Positions 1 to 9,435 of a DNA stretch of 64,000 nt are shown here, piece after piece (the first letter of the stretch is position 1; every line of letters begins with the position of its first letter). Below the pieces are notes generated by a model. It did no database searches. It saw only the letters and a program-made list of their open reading frames with translations, and was not told the origin of the DNA. The translations under genes were made by a program, and so were the position numbers. This DNA is from a virus: positions 29,015 through 93,014 of IMG/VR virus record IMGVR_UViG_3300008121_000001. One strand, given 5' to 3'.

Positions 1-149
1 TAGCCTAAAACAAAGTACTTAACGACCTCTTCGAGAGCTACAACTATTTTTGAGGGAAGGACTGAGTTAATACTAGATAGAGATAGTTCGACATTTTACG
101 AGGGGCGAGAACTTAATCTTCGCCCTTTAAATTTACTTATCAAAATAAA

Positions 150-461
150 ATGACTTACGAAGAATATTTAAAAATTGAAACAGAACTCGAAAATCAATTA
201 AAGAAACTAAAAGCTGATTACCTTGAAGAGCATGGACTTGCAATAGGGACTCCAGTTATTTTTCTAGGCAAGAATGATGGTTGGAAACATAGAGGTATCG
301 GGGAACTGCACCATATATATCAAAGGCGAATAGGCTGGAAAGGTGAAGTAGAACACAATATCCTACCAGCCAAAAAAGACGGTACACCATCTAAAAAAGG
401 TGCATATATTTACTTTTGCGAGAAAAAAGATTTACAAGTTGTAACCAATGATGACCACTAG
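150..461 (+). CDS. hypothetical phage protein
   Basis: ATG ORF, 103 aa, in the + strand gene run. Confidence 0.7.
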   Translation: MTYEEYLKIETELENQLKKLKADYLEEHGLAIGTPVIFLGKNDGWKHRGIGELHHIYQRRIGWKGEVEHNILPAKKDGTPSKKGAYIYFCEKKDLQVVTNDDH

Positions 462-520
462 AGACTATGCCTTTTTAATTCTTGGTAGATGCCGCCCTTT
501 CACTTTATTCACTGAACAAA

Positions 521-688
521 ATGACCATAGAAATAAATGTCTCCAATCTAGAGCCACTGAACGCTACTCACCTCCTCTCTTCTGCATCCTATGACAGAAT
601 ACAGACCTTAAAAGCGCTACTGAATAAATCAGAAAAAGAAGTTATCGAAATTGTAATAAAAGAAGGGTACAAGGCACTAATAAAATGA
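521..688 (+). CDS. small hypothetical protein (possibly RHH-like)
   Basis: ATG at 521; stop overlaps dUTPase start (ATGA). Confidence 0.5.
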   Translation: MTIEINVSNLEPLNATHLLSSASYDRIQTLKALLNKSEKEVIEIVIKEGYKALIK

Positions 689-1353
689 AACTACTATTAT
701 CACTTCCTCTTTCTGACACAGCACAAAAGTATTACGGCTCAACTGCACCTACATACAATAAAGTTGGCGACGCTGGAATTGACCTGCCATTTATCGGTGA
801 TGTTAAGCCTTATGATGCTGAAGTTACTGAAACTATTGGTGTTATTAGCTTCGAGACTGTTTTCGCAATGTATGATAACGTTTACCCTGCAATTTTCGAT
901 ACTTTTAACACTGTTTTGAAACAATCTGACATTGTAGATATCTTGACCCACTTTTTAACTAGAAAAGATAGAGTTTTTTGTGAGCTAACTCCTTCTCACT
1001 TCGATATCCGACCTCGCAGCAGCATTGGAAAATCACCATTCCGTCTTGCAAACTGTGTTGGTACAATCGACAAGACTTATCGTGGTATTGAGATATTCTT
1101 TGATGAGGAAGGAGAGTATATTATTAGTGCAAAGGAAGATGCCCTTGGTTGCTACCTCGACTACCATCCTCAACTGGGCAAGCCTAGAGCAGACAAGCAC
1201 GTAATCTATGCTGGCGACCGTTTACTTCAAGTGGTGTCTCCAAACTTAGATGACATACTTTGGGTGAGATTGGACTTTACAGAGGCGAATTGTTTGTTCT
1301 GGAGCGAAGTGATTGGTAATAAGAATAGAGGCGGCTTTGGTAGCACTAATTAG
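685..1353 (+). CDS. dut: trimeric dUTPase
   Basis: Five motifs: GDAGIDL, RPRSSIG, GTIDKTYRG, GDRLLQ, RGGFGST. Confidence 0.92.
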   Translation: MKLLLSLPLSDTAQKYYGSTAPTYNKVGDAGIDLPFIGDVKPYDAEVTETIGVISFETVFAMYDNVYPAIFDTFNTVLKQSDIVDILTHFLTRKDRVFCELTPSHFDIRPRSSIGKSPFRLANCVGTIDKTYRGIEIFFDEEGEYIISAKEDALGCYLDYHPQLGKPRADKHVIYAGDRLLQVVSPNLDDILWVRLDFTEANCLFWSEVIGNKNRGGFGSTN

Positions 1354-1355
1354 CT

Positions 1356-1598
1356 ATGAATTATCTTATTTACACTGATTTTGAAAATTTATCGCGTTTG
1401 TACGTGGTTCCTGACGAGTGGCTTGCTCAAGTTGAAGAAATAGACGGTAAAATTTGCGGTTCTGACAATCTTTCTGGAGAGCAAATAAATACGTTTACTT
1501 GTATTTCAGAAAAAATTTATTACAAAGAATGGTTACCTATCTCTAGCTCTGAATGTGTAGCTGCTGAACGTATTTTCACTGCTGGTTGGGTTCCTTAA
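1356..1598 (+). CDS. hypothetical protein
   Basis: Coupled ORF (TAATG with next gene). Confidence 0.65.
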   Translation: MNYLIYTDFENLSRLYVVPDEWLAQVEEIDGKICGSDNLSGEQINTFTCISEKIYYKEWLPISSSECVAAERIFTAGWVP

Positions 1599-2521
1599 TG
1601 GCTAAGAAACTGTTTGAATATGAACCTTTTATCAAATATAAAGGGGAAGTGACAGAAGAAAATGGTAAGCGTCAGTATGAGTCTGTGTGCGGATTGAAAG
1701 CGGCTTCGACTACAACAGTCCTCTCAGCTTACGAGGATAAAGACTTTCTAGAAGTTTGGAGACAGAAGAAAATAGCAGAAGGTGAAGACCCCGATGCCAT
1801 CTCTGAAGAATCAGCGCGAGTGGGAAGTCGCTCTCATGAGTACATCGAATCCTATTTAATCGATGGAGTATATCCGCTAGGAAGCCTTGTCGAACAAAAA
1901 TTAGCCTGTGTCGCCATTGATAATTTCTACAGTCACGTATGCCCCGAAAATGCCCATTGCGAGCAGCCATTGTTCTACGATGCCAGACTACAAAAAAATC
2001 CAGAATCTTTCGCGTTAGCTGGAAGATACGATAATCTCGTGAAAATTCCCGACAATACGTTCAAAATTGTAAAAACAGGGGAAATACTACCAGAAAAATT
2101 TGTTATATGCGATTTAAAAACGAAAAGAAGCTATGACAAACTTAAAAAAGGTGGTATTAAACTGAAAAGCTTGCCGAGAATGGATAGTTGCGATTTCATG
2201 TTTAAGAATTGTCTTCAAGCATCCTTCTACGCTGCTGCGCTTACTTTGGGTACAGATTTCAAGGAAAAGTACGGTGCTGGAATAACTGGGGCAATTCTCG
2301 TATATGTGAATGAAGAACGAAGTAGGCTGGCGTACATCTCACATTCGGATTTGAATTATTACTGGAAGATTTTCAAGGATATTTTGCGAGATTTCTACGG
2401 TATTAAGCCATTGGAAAAATCGTGGAAGACGATGATAGCGGAAAGTAACTGGCGACCAGATTATGTGAATGGTGGATATACGAATAACATTCCGAAGGAG
2501 ATAGAATTAGTTTCTAAATAA
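1598..2521 (+). CDS. PD-(D/E)XK exonuclease (Cas4/lambda-exonuclease-like)
   Basis: STTTVLS...GSRSHEYIE...EQPL...AGRYD...DLKT...LQASFYA; ATG at 1598. Confidence 0.85.
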   Translation: MAKKLFEYEPFIKYKGEVTEENGKRQYESVCGLKAASTTTVLSAYEDKDFLEVWRQKKIAEGEDPDAISEESARVGSRSHEYIESYLIDGVYPLGSLVEQKLACVAIDNFYSHVCPENAHCEQPLFYDARLQKNPESFALAGRYDNLVKIPDNTFKIVKTGEILPEKFVICDLKTKRSYDKLKKGGIKLKSLPRMDSCDFMFKNCLQASFYAAALTLGTDFKEKYGAGITGAILVYVNEERSRLAYISHSDLNYYWKIFKDILRDFYGIKPLEKSWKTMIAESNWRPDYVNGGYTNNIPKEIELVSK

Positions 2522-2525
2522 GTGT

Positions 2526-3344
2526 ATGGCTAATAGGAGATTAACAACACAAGAATTTATTACCAGAGCGAAAGAAGTTCATGGAGATACATACGATTAC
2601 TCAGATTGTGAATACATACATTCAAAAATTAAAGTTAGTATAAATTGCCGTCTTCACGGAACATTCATTCAAGAGCCTCTCTCTCATATAAAAGGGTATG
2701 GATGTAAAAAATGTGGCACTCTGTCTCAAGCTAGTCGCAACAGAAAAAACCCAGAAGATTTTATAAAAGAAGCGTCTATCATTCATAATAATTTTTACGA
2801 CTATAGCCCAACTAATTATATTGATTTCAGAACTAAAGTAACAATAAGATGTAAGGTTCACAACGACTTTGAACAATTCCCTCCAGTACATTTAAGGGGA
2901 GGAGGTTGCCCTTTATGTGCAGCTAAGAAAAGTGCGGAGTACAATTCACTACATTGTGTAGGTTGGTCAGCGTCAAGCTGGCAAAAGAGTGCAGAAGTAT
3001 CTAAAGAGTTCGATAGTTTTAAGGTCTATATTTTAAAATTAACCAACGAAGATGAATCCTTATATAAACTTGGCAGGACGCATAGAAAAGCTGAAGCACG
3101 AACTAAAACCATTCCTTATGTTTGTGAAATTATAGATACTATTTGTAGTAACGACTCAAGACTTATTTTTGACTTAGAAAACGAACTCAAACGTAAATAT
3201 AAGTACTATAAATATCTGCCTAAAGTACCATTTAAAGGGATGCACGAATGTTTTAAAATATCGTTACCCATTGAAGACTTGCAAAAACACTTCCGTATTT
3301 TAAGAGAATCTGATGACTTTTTCAATTCTGAATTACTTAAATAA
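2526..3344 (+). CDS. homing endonuclease (DUF723-type Zn repeats plus GIY-YIG-like C-terminus)
   Basis: Two 'EFI..A..HG..YDY..Y..KV.I.C..HG.F.Q.P..H..G.GC..C' repeats; VYIL..YKLGRT..LE..GMHECF. Confidence 0.8.
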   Translation: MANRRLTTQEFITRAKEVHGDTYDYSDCEYIHSKIKVSINCRLHGTFIQEPLSHIKGYGCKKCGTLSQASRNRKNPEDFIKEASIIHNNFYDYSPTNYIDFRTKVTIRCKVHNDFEQFPPVHLRGGGCPLCAAKKSAEYNSLHCVGWSASSWQKSAEVSKEFDSFKVYILKLTNEDESLYKLGRTHRKAEARTKTIPYVCEIIDTICSNDSRLIFDLENELKRKYKYYKYLPKVPFKGMHECFKISLPIEDLQKHFRILRESDDFFNSELLK

Positions 3345-4221
3345 GTTAGAAGAAGTTGAACAACATAATACGTGGATAAAGGCTCAATGCCCTGTATGTG
3401 GTGGAACTCTTAAAATTGTGAGCGCTGGCAAAAAATCAGGTGCTTTTGCGTGTTATTCTGGTAACTCTTGCGAGAAGCTTCGCCCAAACCCAATTGTAAA
3501 GGAACTTACTAAGGGGGAGTTTAAACCTCGAAAAAGTAACTACTCCTCTAGGATGGTGCGAATCAACCCCACAATTGATATAGCTACCCCACTGCCTTTG
3601 AATTTAAACGAAATCGATGTTACACAGTTCTACACAAATTTACCTTACGAAAAACCTTGGAGCAGTAAAAATGAACTTGGAGACAAGATTACAATTTACG
3701 ACTATCTGGAGTTCCAACTCGTCCGAATCGACCCACACAACAAGAAGAAATTTTTTTATTTCAGGGTAAAAGATGCTAATAATAATTGGGCTAATGAAGT
3801 CCCTACAAACTTCAAAAACATTCCAGTTTATACATCTAAATACATCTCGAAGTGTGTTATTTTCACTGAGGGTGAAAAAGTTGCCGACTGCCTACAATCT
3901 TTGGGGTTATTTGCGCTAAGTTTTCCGAGTTTTGTTTACCAACAAAGTTATCTTGCTAAATTCTTACGTTGCCTCTCATTTCGTATTGAGAATATTATTT
4001 ATCTTTCTGATAATGATGAGACTGGTCAGATAAAAGCACAGAAATTCTTACAGGAAGCTTGGAAATCAAAAATCAATGCTTCTAGTTACAATATTGCGGA
4101 GTTACTTGGCAAGGCAGAAGAGAAGAATTACGACTGTGCTGATGCAGTTGAGAATTGGGAAATTGTTACAAGAGAAGAGCTACTAGGAATTTTAAAACAA
4201 TGCAGTACGACCCCATATTGA
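3313..4221 (+). CDS. DNA primase (Zn finger plus TOPRIM)
   Basis: CPVCGG..FACY..C; FTEGEKVAD; SDNDETG. Confidence 0.85.
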   Translation: MTFSILNYLNKLEEVEQHNTWIKAQCPVCGGTLKIVSAGKKSGAFACYSGNSCEKLRPNPIVKELTKGEFKPRKSNYSSRMVRINPTIDIATPLPLNLNEIDVTQFYTNLPYEKPWSSKNELGDKITIYDYLEFQLVRIDPHNKKKFFYFRVKDANNNWANEVPTNFKNIPVYTSKYISKCVIFTEGEKVADCLQSLGLFALSFPSFVYQQSYLAKFLRCLSFRIENIIYLSDNDETGQIKAQKFLQEAWKSKINASSYNIAELLGKAEEKNYDCADAVENWEIVTREELLGILKQCSTTPY

Positions 4222-5870
4222 GTTTAGAGAAAATTGTATTTGATACAAGCAAGCGCAACGATTTGTATGAAGCCTATCATCAAGATTTGAAAGATTTCAT
4301 TGATTCCATTGGCAACTCTGAAGTATCGGCAGAAATTCGTCGTTTAGAGAAGCGTTACTTACTCTCAAAACTAGAGCAGAAGTGGTATCCGTTGCTAAGT
4401 TTTGACTCTTCTACAATCAAGAATGACATTGCAGAATTGCAGACACCTAAGAAGGAGTTCAAGCAATCGTTCAACCTCGAAGAAGTCCTATCTTCTTACA
4501 ATCCATCGAGCAACTGGATTATCCCTCAATTACTGCGTTCTGCGGGTCTATTTGTTCTTGCGGGTGAGCCTAAAATTGGCAAATCTATTATCGGCTATCA
4601 CCTAGCATACGCTGTTGCTATCTCTGGAAGGTTCCTTGGAAAACCTGTTAAAAAAGGTCGTGTTTTGTATCTTCAACTTGAAGAAGATATGTCCACAATT
4701 TCCGAGAGGTTTCATTTCGTCGGGTTTGGAAACAAGCGAAATACCGCCGTGAACCTCGCTATTGAGTTTGACCCTAGTGTAGTTACAGTTGACCGCACTT
4801 TCGATGCTACAATTGACATTCCTCGCCTCTACCAGCGTATTGCCGAGCTTAACCCCTCTTTAGTAATCATCGATTCCCTTCGCGCCGCCACAATCAATTC
4901 TTTGACAGCAGAGACAGATTCTCAATTTGGCAAGTTGGTTGCATCTATTCAGCAAGTATTTAACCAGACAGATACTTGTGGAGTACTTATCCACCACATG
5001 AATAAAGAGGCTAACAAAGGCAAAAACAAGCGTAGTGGAAGCATTGTCAATGCAGTATCAGGCAGTACTTCAATTGTATCTAATTCATCGGGTGTGATAG
5101 CTCTATATGCTGCTGACGAAGAAGAATACGGTAAGGGAAAGGGGAAAGTACTCATGAGAACTCTGCCTCGTAATGGGCTTCCAATCACTTTGGAGTATAG
5201 TCAGAACACAACAGATTCTGGGTTGTGGGAATTATGCCTTGAAAGTGAAGAAGATGTCTCTCAAGACAGTCTAACTTCTAAGGTACTCAGGTTCCTTGCT
5301 AATCACCCTAGCAAATATTTCCCCTTATTAGAAATCATCGAGAACATTAAGTCGGGCGACACTTTTGAATTGCGCCAATCTGTAAACTATTTGGCTACAA
5401 GTCAGACAATTATTTGCAAACATTCTGGCGAAGTGACTGAATATTGTTTACCAGAGGAGTCTTTGTGGATTATTGACCCTGAAAAGAATACTGGAGGTGT
5501 AAAGCCTGATATCGTTGACGCAAATATACTCTCCCGTTGCAAAACAAAGACTGAGTTGTACGAGAAAACGAAAGATTGGACTCCCTATCAGCGCAAATCT
5601 GCTTTGAAACTGTTAGATGTTAATGAAAAGGCAAGACTAGACGACCTCAGACTCTCTTTTCTGTACTCCGTAGGGGATTCGGTATCTCATTCAGGTGAAA
5701 TCTTCAAGGTTGTGTCTCGTAGCGATAAAGCTACTCTTCGTGATACAGAATATGAGGTTGAAGACTCTAATAATCAGAGGTATACCTTAAGTGAGATGCT
5801 AATTGATGGTATTGCTGATAATGTAGTGAGCGTTGAAAGTTCTGTCGAGGGAATTGAGGATGAGTTTTAA
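4200..5870 (+). CDS. RepA/AAA_25-type helicase
   Basis: Walker A GEPKIGKS, LYLQLEE, Walker B LVIIDSL, IHHMNK, SGSTSI; ATG at 4200. Confidence 0.88.
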   Translation: MQYDPILSLEKIVFDTSKRNDLYEAYHQDLKDFIDSIGNSEVSAEIRRLEKRYLLSKLEQKWYPLLSFDSSTIKNDIAELQTPKKEFKQSFNLEEVLSSYNPSSNWIIPQLLRSAGLFVLAGEPKIGKSIIGYHLAYAVAISGRFLGKPVKKGRVLYLQLEEDMSTISERFHFVGFGNKRNTAVNLAIEFDPSVVTVDRTFDATIDIPRLYQRIAELNPSLVIIDSLRAATINSLTAETDSQFGKLVASIQQVFNQTDTCGVLIHHMNKEANKGKNKRSGSIVNAVSGSTSIVSNSSGVIALYAADEEEYGKGKGKVLMRTLPRNGLPITLEYSQNTTDSGLWELCLESEEDVSQDSLTSKVLRFLANHPSKYFPLLEIIENIKSGDTFELRQSVNYLATSQTIICKHSGEVTEYCLPEESLWIIDPEKNTGGVKPDIVDANILSRCKTKTELYEKTKDWTPYQRKSALKLLDVNEKARLDDLRLSFLYSVGDSVSHSGEIFKVVSRSDKATLRDTEYEVEDSNNQRYTLSEMLIDGIADNVVSVESSVEGIEDEF

Positions 5871-6039
5871 AGATGGTAAAAGCTTCATTATCACAGTTAA
5901 CGTAGATGGGGAAGAGAAAACCTTATACAGAGAAGCTGAAAATGAAGAAACTGTAACTAAGAATGTTTTAGATGAACTCACTTTAGGTGCTGTAGATTAT
6001 CCAGAATCAGTATCTATACTTTCAGTTGAGGAGTTGTAA
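5860..6039 (+). CDS. small hypothetical protein
   Basis: ATG at 5860, coupled to neighbours. Confidence 0.6.
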   Translation: MSFKDGKSFIITVNVDGEEKTLYREAENEETVTKNVLDELTLGAVDYPESVSILSVEEL

Positions 6040-6227
6040 TGAAGAGACTATTTCTGCGGTACTATTTGCAAACTACAGCAGTCTTATTTGGTGCAAGTCT
6101 ATCTGCACTAATACTTACTGCCATCTACCCTAAAGATGCAAAAGGTTACTTGACTCAGTTTGCTGTGTTTTTTGGTTCTAGTATAGGTATCGTTGTTATC
6201 GGTGAGAAGGTAAGGAAAAATGTCTAG
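6039..6227 (+). CDS. small two-TM membrane protein
   Basis: Two hydrophobic segments in 62 aa. Confidence 0.65.
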   Translation: MKRLFLRYYLQTTAVLFGASLSALILTAIYPKDAKGYLTQFAVFFGSSIGIVVIGEKVRKNV

Positions 6228-6873
6228 GAAAATTATCTGTTGCTGCGGTTCAATAAACTCTGGTAAAGACTTCATAATGAATCGCTTGCAGTCTCGATTG
6301 ATATATCAGCACCGCTACACTATGTCTACGGTGCGTTGCCGCTTCGCAGACTCGTTAAATGAAGCTGTAACACCTATTCTTGGCATCAGTGGCAAGGAAC
6401 TGCAAGACCGCAGTTTGAAAGAAGAGAAGCGTTTTGTATTTGGCTATAATCGCTCTGGCATCGAGTCTAAGTGGTCTTCGAGAGATGTGCAGAAAAGAGT
6501 AGGGCAATTGCTCCGCGAAGAACTTGGCGAAGATGTTTTTATTAATGCTCTTGACAGAAGATACAATTCTTCTGAAAGTATTTTACTCATTTCAGATTTA
6601 CGTTATCAAAATGAGCTAGATTGGGTACGTTCTCAGGGTGGAAAAGTTGTGTATATTCACAATGAAAAAGCCGCTGTTTTACAGTGTCATCGTGAGTCTG
6701 CACAATTTGGAGAAAATTATGAGCATCACCCGCCAGAGAGTGAGTTGTTGCAGTGGGATTTCTACAATAAGGTAGCGACACCTGACTACTGGCTTGATAA
6801 TAATGATTTTGATAATCATTCTCATTTTGATGATTTTGTAGAGTTTGTTTTGGATTATTTGGAGCAAGATTAA
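6220..6873 (+). CDS. deoxynucleoside monophosphate kinase
   Basis: GSINSGKD P-loop, FADSL, RDVQKRVG, ISDLRYQNE, HPPESE. Confidence 0.88.
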   Translation: MSRKIICCCGSINSGKDFIMNRLQSRLIYQHRYTMSTVRCRFADSLNEAVTPILGISGKELQDRSLKEEKRFVFGYNRSGIESKWSSRDVQKRVGQLLREELGEDVFINALDRRYNSSESILLISDLRYQNELDWVRSQGGKVVYIHNEKAAVLQCHRESAQFGENYEHHPPESELLQWDFYNKVATPDYWLDNNDFDNHSHFDDFVEFVLDYLEQD

Positions 6874-9432
6874 GTGACAGATAGAATTTTAACTTTAGAT
6901 ATAGAGGGTAACGGGCTTTTCAAAGACTTAGTAGACTTTAGTTCATTCCCTTATAAGTTATTACCCTCAGCTAGGCTCTGGTGCGTAGTCATTCGGGATG
7001 TAAATACTGGTGAGCATTGGAGTCGTGAGAAGGAAGGCATCACAAGAGAGTGGTTACAAAAAACTTTGAAGGGTTGCACGATACTTGTAACTCACAACGG
7101 ATTAAAGTTCGACTTATTAATGCTCTGGCTATTCGGCTTGCTCGATTACAGGGTAGGTTATTTAAACGAAGTAGATACGATTTTCGGTGAGCCAGTTCAG
7201 ATTGTAGATACCTTACTTCTATCTCGCTTACTATCCCCCGACCGCTACGATAATGGTGGAGGACACTCTTTAGAAACATGGGGTAAAAGAGTAGGAGATT
7301 TTAAGGATGATTATCGCCAGAAGTGCATAGAAGCAGGTTATATTGAGGCGAATGCACCTAAAGGAGCTGAGTTCTTAGAATGGAACCCTCTTATGTGTCC
7401 TTATTGCTTGCAGGATAATGTTGTAACTGCAAAAACTTTTTTAGTTCTTTGGGAACAGTTTAAACAATACAAAGGATGGGCGCAAGCGTTCAAAGCAGAG
7501 ACTAAAATTGCAGACAAAGCTATTCGTCGCGAGAATCTGGGCTTTTGGTTTGACCGTGAACTTGCTTTGGAAAATATTGCTTGGCTTGAAATTGAGATGA
7601 AGCGAATCTCAGATGCAATCAATCCAATTCTTCCTCCTAAGCCTTGCAACAAAACCGAGCTTGACCGCTTCACCCCCCCTAAAACGCAACTAAAGACACA
7701 CAAAGCCGTCTACCTACCCAAGAAGCAGGTCAACAAGGATGGAACACTCTCAGCCACGTTAATCAAATGGTTCAATCAACATCCTGAAGTTATCCACGAA
7801 GAGCAGAGTGATTTTTTCTGGTTTGAGGAAACTCGTTATCAATTACCTTATGAAGAAGCCCTTGTACCTGAGTGGACAGAGCCTAGCGAAAATATTTTAA
7901 AGTTTGCTGAGCAAGTTGGTGGTCGAGTCGAAAACATTGATGGTGTGTGGACTTTCTTTTACAAAGATAGATTCTATGACTTACCTTTCGATGAACCTCT
8001 TGAAACTGAAATCGCAGCAACGCTGGATAATATTGACCACGTTAAGCACTATCTAATTTCTTTGGGTTGGGAGCCAATTGAGTTCAAGCAACGCGACCTA
8101 ACTAAAGACTCCAAGAAGCAATCTATTTCTTATGAAAAGAGAGTTGTTGCTACAGAGAAATATATAGAAGAAACTCTCGGAGGTAAATACAAAGCTGAGC
8201 GCCTAGAAATCCTTGAAGTAACTGAAGAGCAGCTTAGGGATAACTTAATGTCCAGAATTGGTAAAAACAGACCTGTATATGTGCCAACTGCTCCCTGTGT
8301 TCGCGTAGGTGTAACTAAAGTTTTCTGCCCTTCTTTAGAGAGGTTGGGAGATAAGGTTGCTTTTGCTAAAGACTTCGCTCTGTACCTTACTTACAAGCAC
8401 CGTAAGAACAGCTTGGCAGGTGGAGTGGACGAGGATTTTGACTATGAGGAAGATAATCCTCCTACAGGATTTCTAGCGCAATACCGTGAAGTTGACGGAA
8501 GAATACCTACTCCTAGTGTGGAGGTAGCTACAAATACCCATAGAATGAAGCATATTGGAGTTGCCAATATCCCTAAAGCCGATTCAATCTTCGGCAAGGA
8601 AATGCGTTCATTATTTTGTTCAGGTAAAAATGGGTATTTTTTCGGTTATGACCACTCAAGTTTGGAGTCAAGAACTGCATCTTCGTATATTTTTAAGTAT
8701 GATGGTGGTCAAGAGTTGGCAGTCGATATGATTGCGGAAAAACCTAACTCTATTCATTGCAAAAATGCAATTAGACTAAATATTTCCAGAAATGATGCTA
8801 AGGCATTTAGCTTCGGTATTATGTTTGGAGCGCAAGCTAGAAAACTTGCAAAAATGTTAGGTATTACTGTAAAACGGGCAGAGGAGATGTTAAAAGACTA
8901 TTGGGATAACATGAAAGCTCTTGCCCAATTCAAGGAAGCTATTGAAAAGTTCTGGATTAAAAATGGTAAGACTTATATACCTGCATTAGATGGTAGGAAA
9001 GTGGCTATTAGAAGCCAGCACTCTATTGTTAATGCTGCGATTCAATCTGCGGGTGCTTTGTGTTCCAAGTACACTTCACTATTCTTGATGCAGATATTAG
9101 AAGAGAAGGGATTATGCACCGACCCATTTTTAGGTGAGCCTGACTGTTCTCAGATGATTATCTACCACGATGAAGAAGCCTTGTACGTCAATAAAAAGCT
9201 TTTCGAGATTAAAAAGTTTCCAGACGAAGATTCGGCAAAGCAATTTGTTTCTGATTGGAAAGGTGGACAATTGAGTGCTGTCTCCCACATTAATAATTGG
9301 TATGTTGTGATGCCTAATGTCGTATCCGAGTCTATAATAGAATCATTGAGAAAAACAGAAGAAATTTTGAAACTTCGTGTACCTTTAGCTATAGAATGGA
9401 AACTTGGACGTAATTGGTACGAGTGTCATTAA
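6874..9432 (+). CDS. polA: family A DNA polymerase with 3'-5' exonuclease
   Basis: ExoI LDIE, HNGLKFD, YCLQD; motif A GYDHSSLESR, motif B RNDAKAFSFGIMFG, motif C YHDE. Confidence 0.95.
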   Translation: MTDRILTLDIEGNGLFKDLVDFSSFPYKLLPSARLWCVVIRDVNTGEHWSREKEGITREWLQKTLKGCTILVTHNGLKFDLLMLWLFGLLDYRVGYLNEVDTIFGEPVQIVDTLLLSRLLSPDRYDNGGGHSLETWGKRVGDFKDDYRQKCIEAGYIEANAPKGAEFLEWNPLMCPYCLQDNVVTAKTFLVLWEQFKQYKGWAQAFKAETKIADKAIRRENLGFWFDRELALENIAWLEIEMKRISDAINPILPPKPCNKTELDRFTPPKTQLKTHKAVYLPKKQVNKDGTLSATLIKWFNQHPEVIHEEQSDFFWFEETRYQLPYEEALVPEWTEPSENILKFAEQVGGRVENIDGVWTFFYKDRFYDLPFDEPLETEIAATLDNIDHVKHYLISLGWEPIEFKQRDLTKDSKKQSISYEKRVVATEKYIEETLGGKYKAERLEILEVTEEQLRDNLMSRIGKNRPVYVPTAPCVRVGVTKVFCPSLERLGDKVAFAKDFALYLTYKHRKNSLAGGVDEDFDYEEDNPPTGFLAQYREVDGRIPTPSVEVATNTHRMKHIGVANIPKADSIFGKEMRSLFCSGKNGYFFGYDHSSLESRTASSYIFKYDGGQELAVDMIAEKPNSIHCKNAIRLNISRNDAKAFSFGIMFGAQARKLAKMLGITVKRAEEMLKDYWDNMKALAQFKEAIEKFWIKNGKTYIPALDGRKVAIRSQHSIVNAAIQSAGALCSKYTSLFLMQILEEKGLCTDPFLGEPDCSQMIIYHDEEALYVNKKLFEIKKFPDEDSAKQFVSDWKGGQLSAVSHINNWYVVMPNVVSESIIESLRKTEEILKLRVPLAIEWKLGRNWYECH

Positions 9433-9435
9433 ATT

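Noticed and set aside
101-128. GC-rich inverted repeat resembling a terminator
   Set aside because: Short T tract and upstream context truncated by the window edge; cannot be assigned
1598-2521. Cas4-like protein implying a CRISPR system
   Set aside because: No repeat-spacer array or other cas genes seen; it is a common stand-alone phage exonuclease
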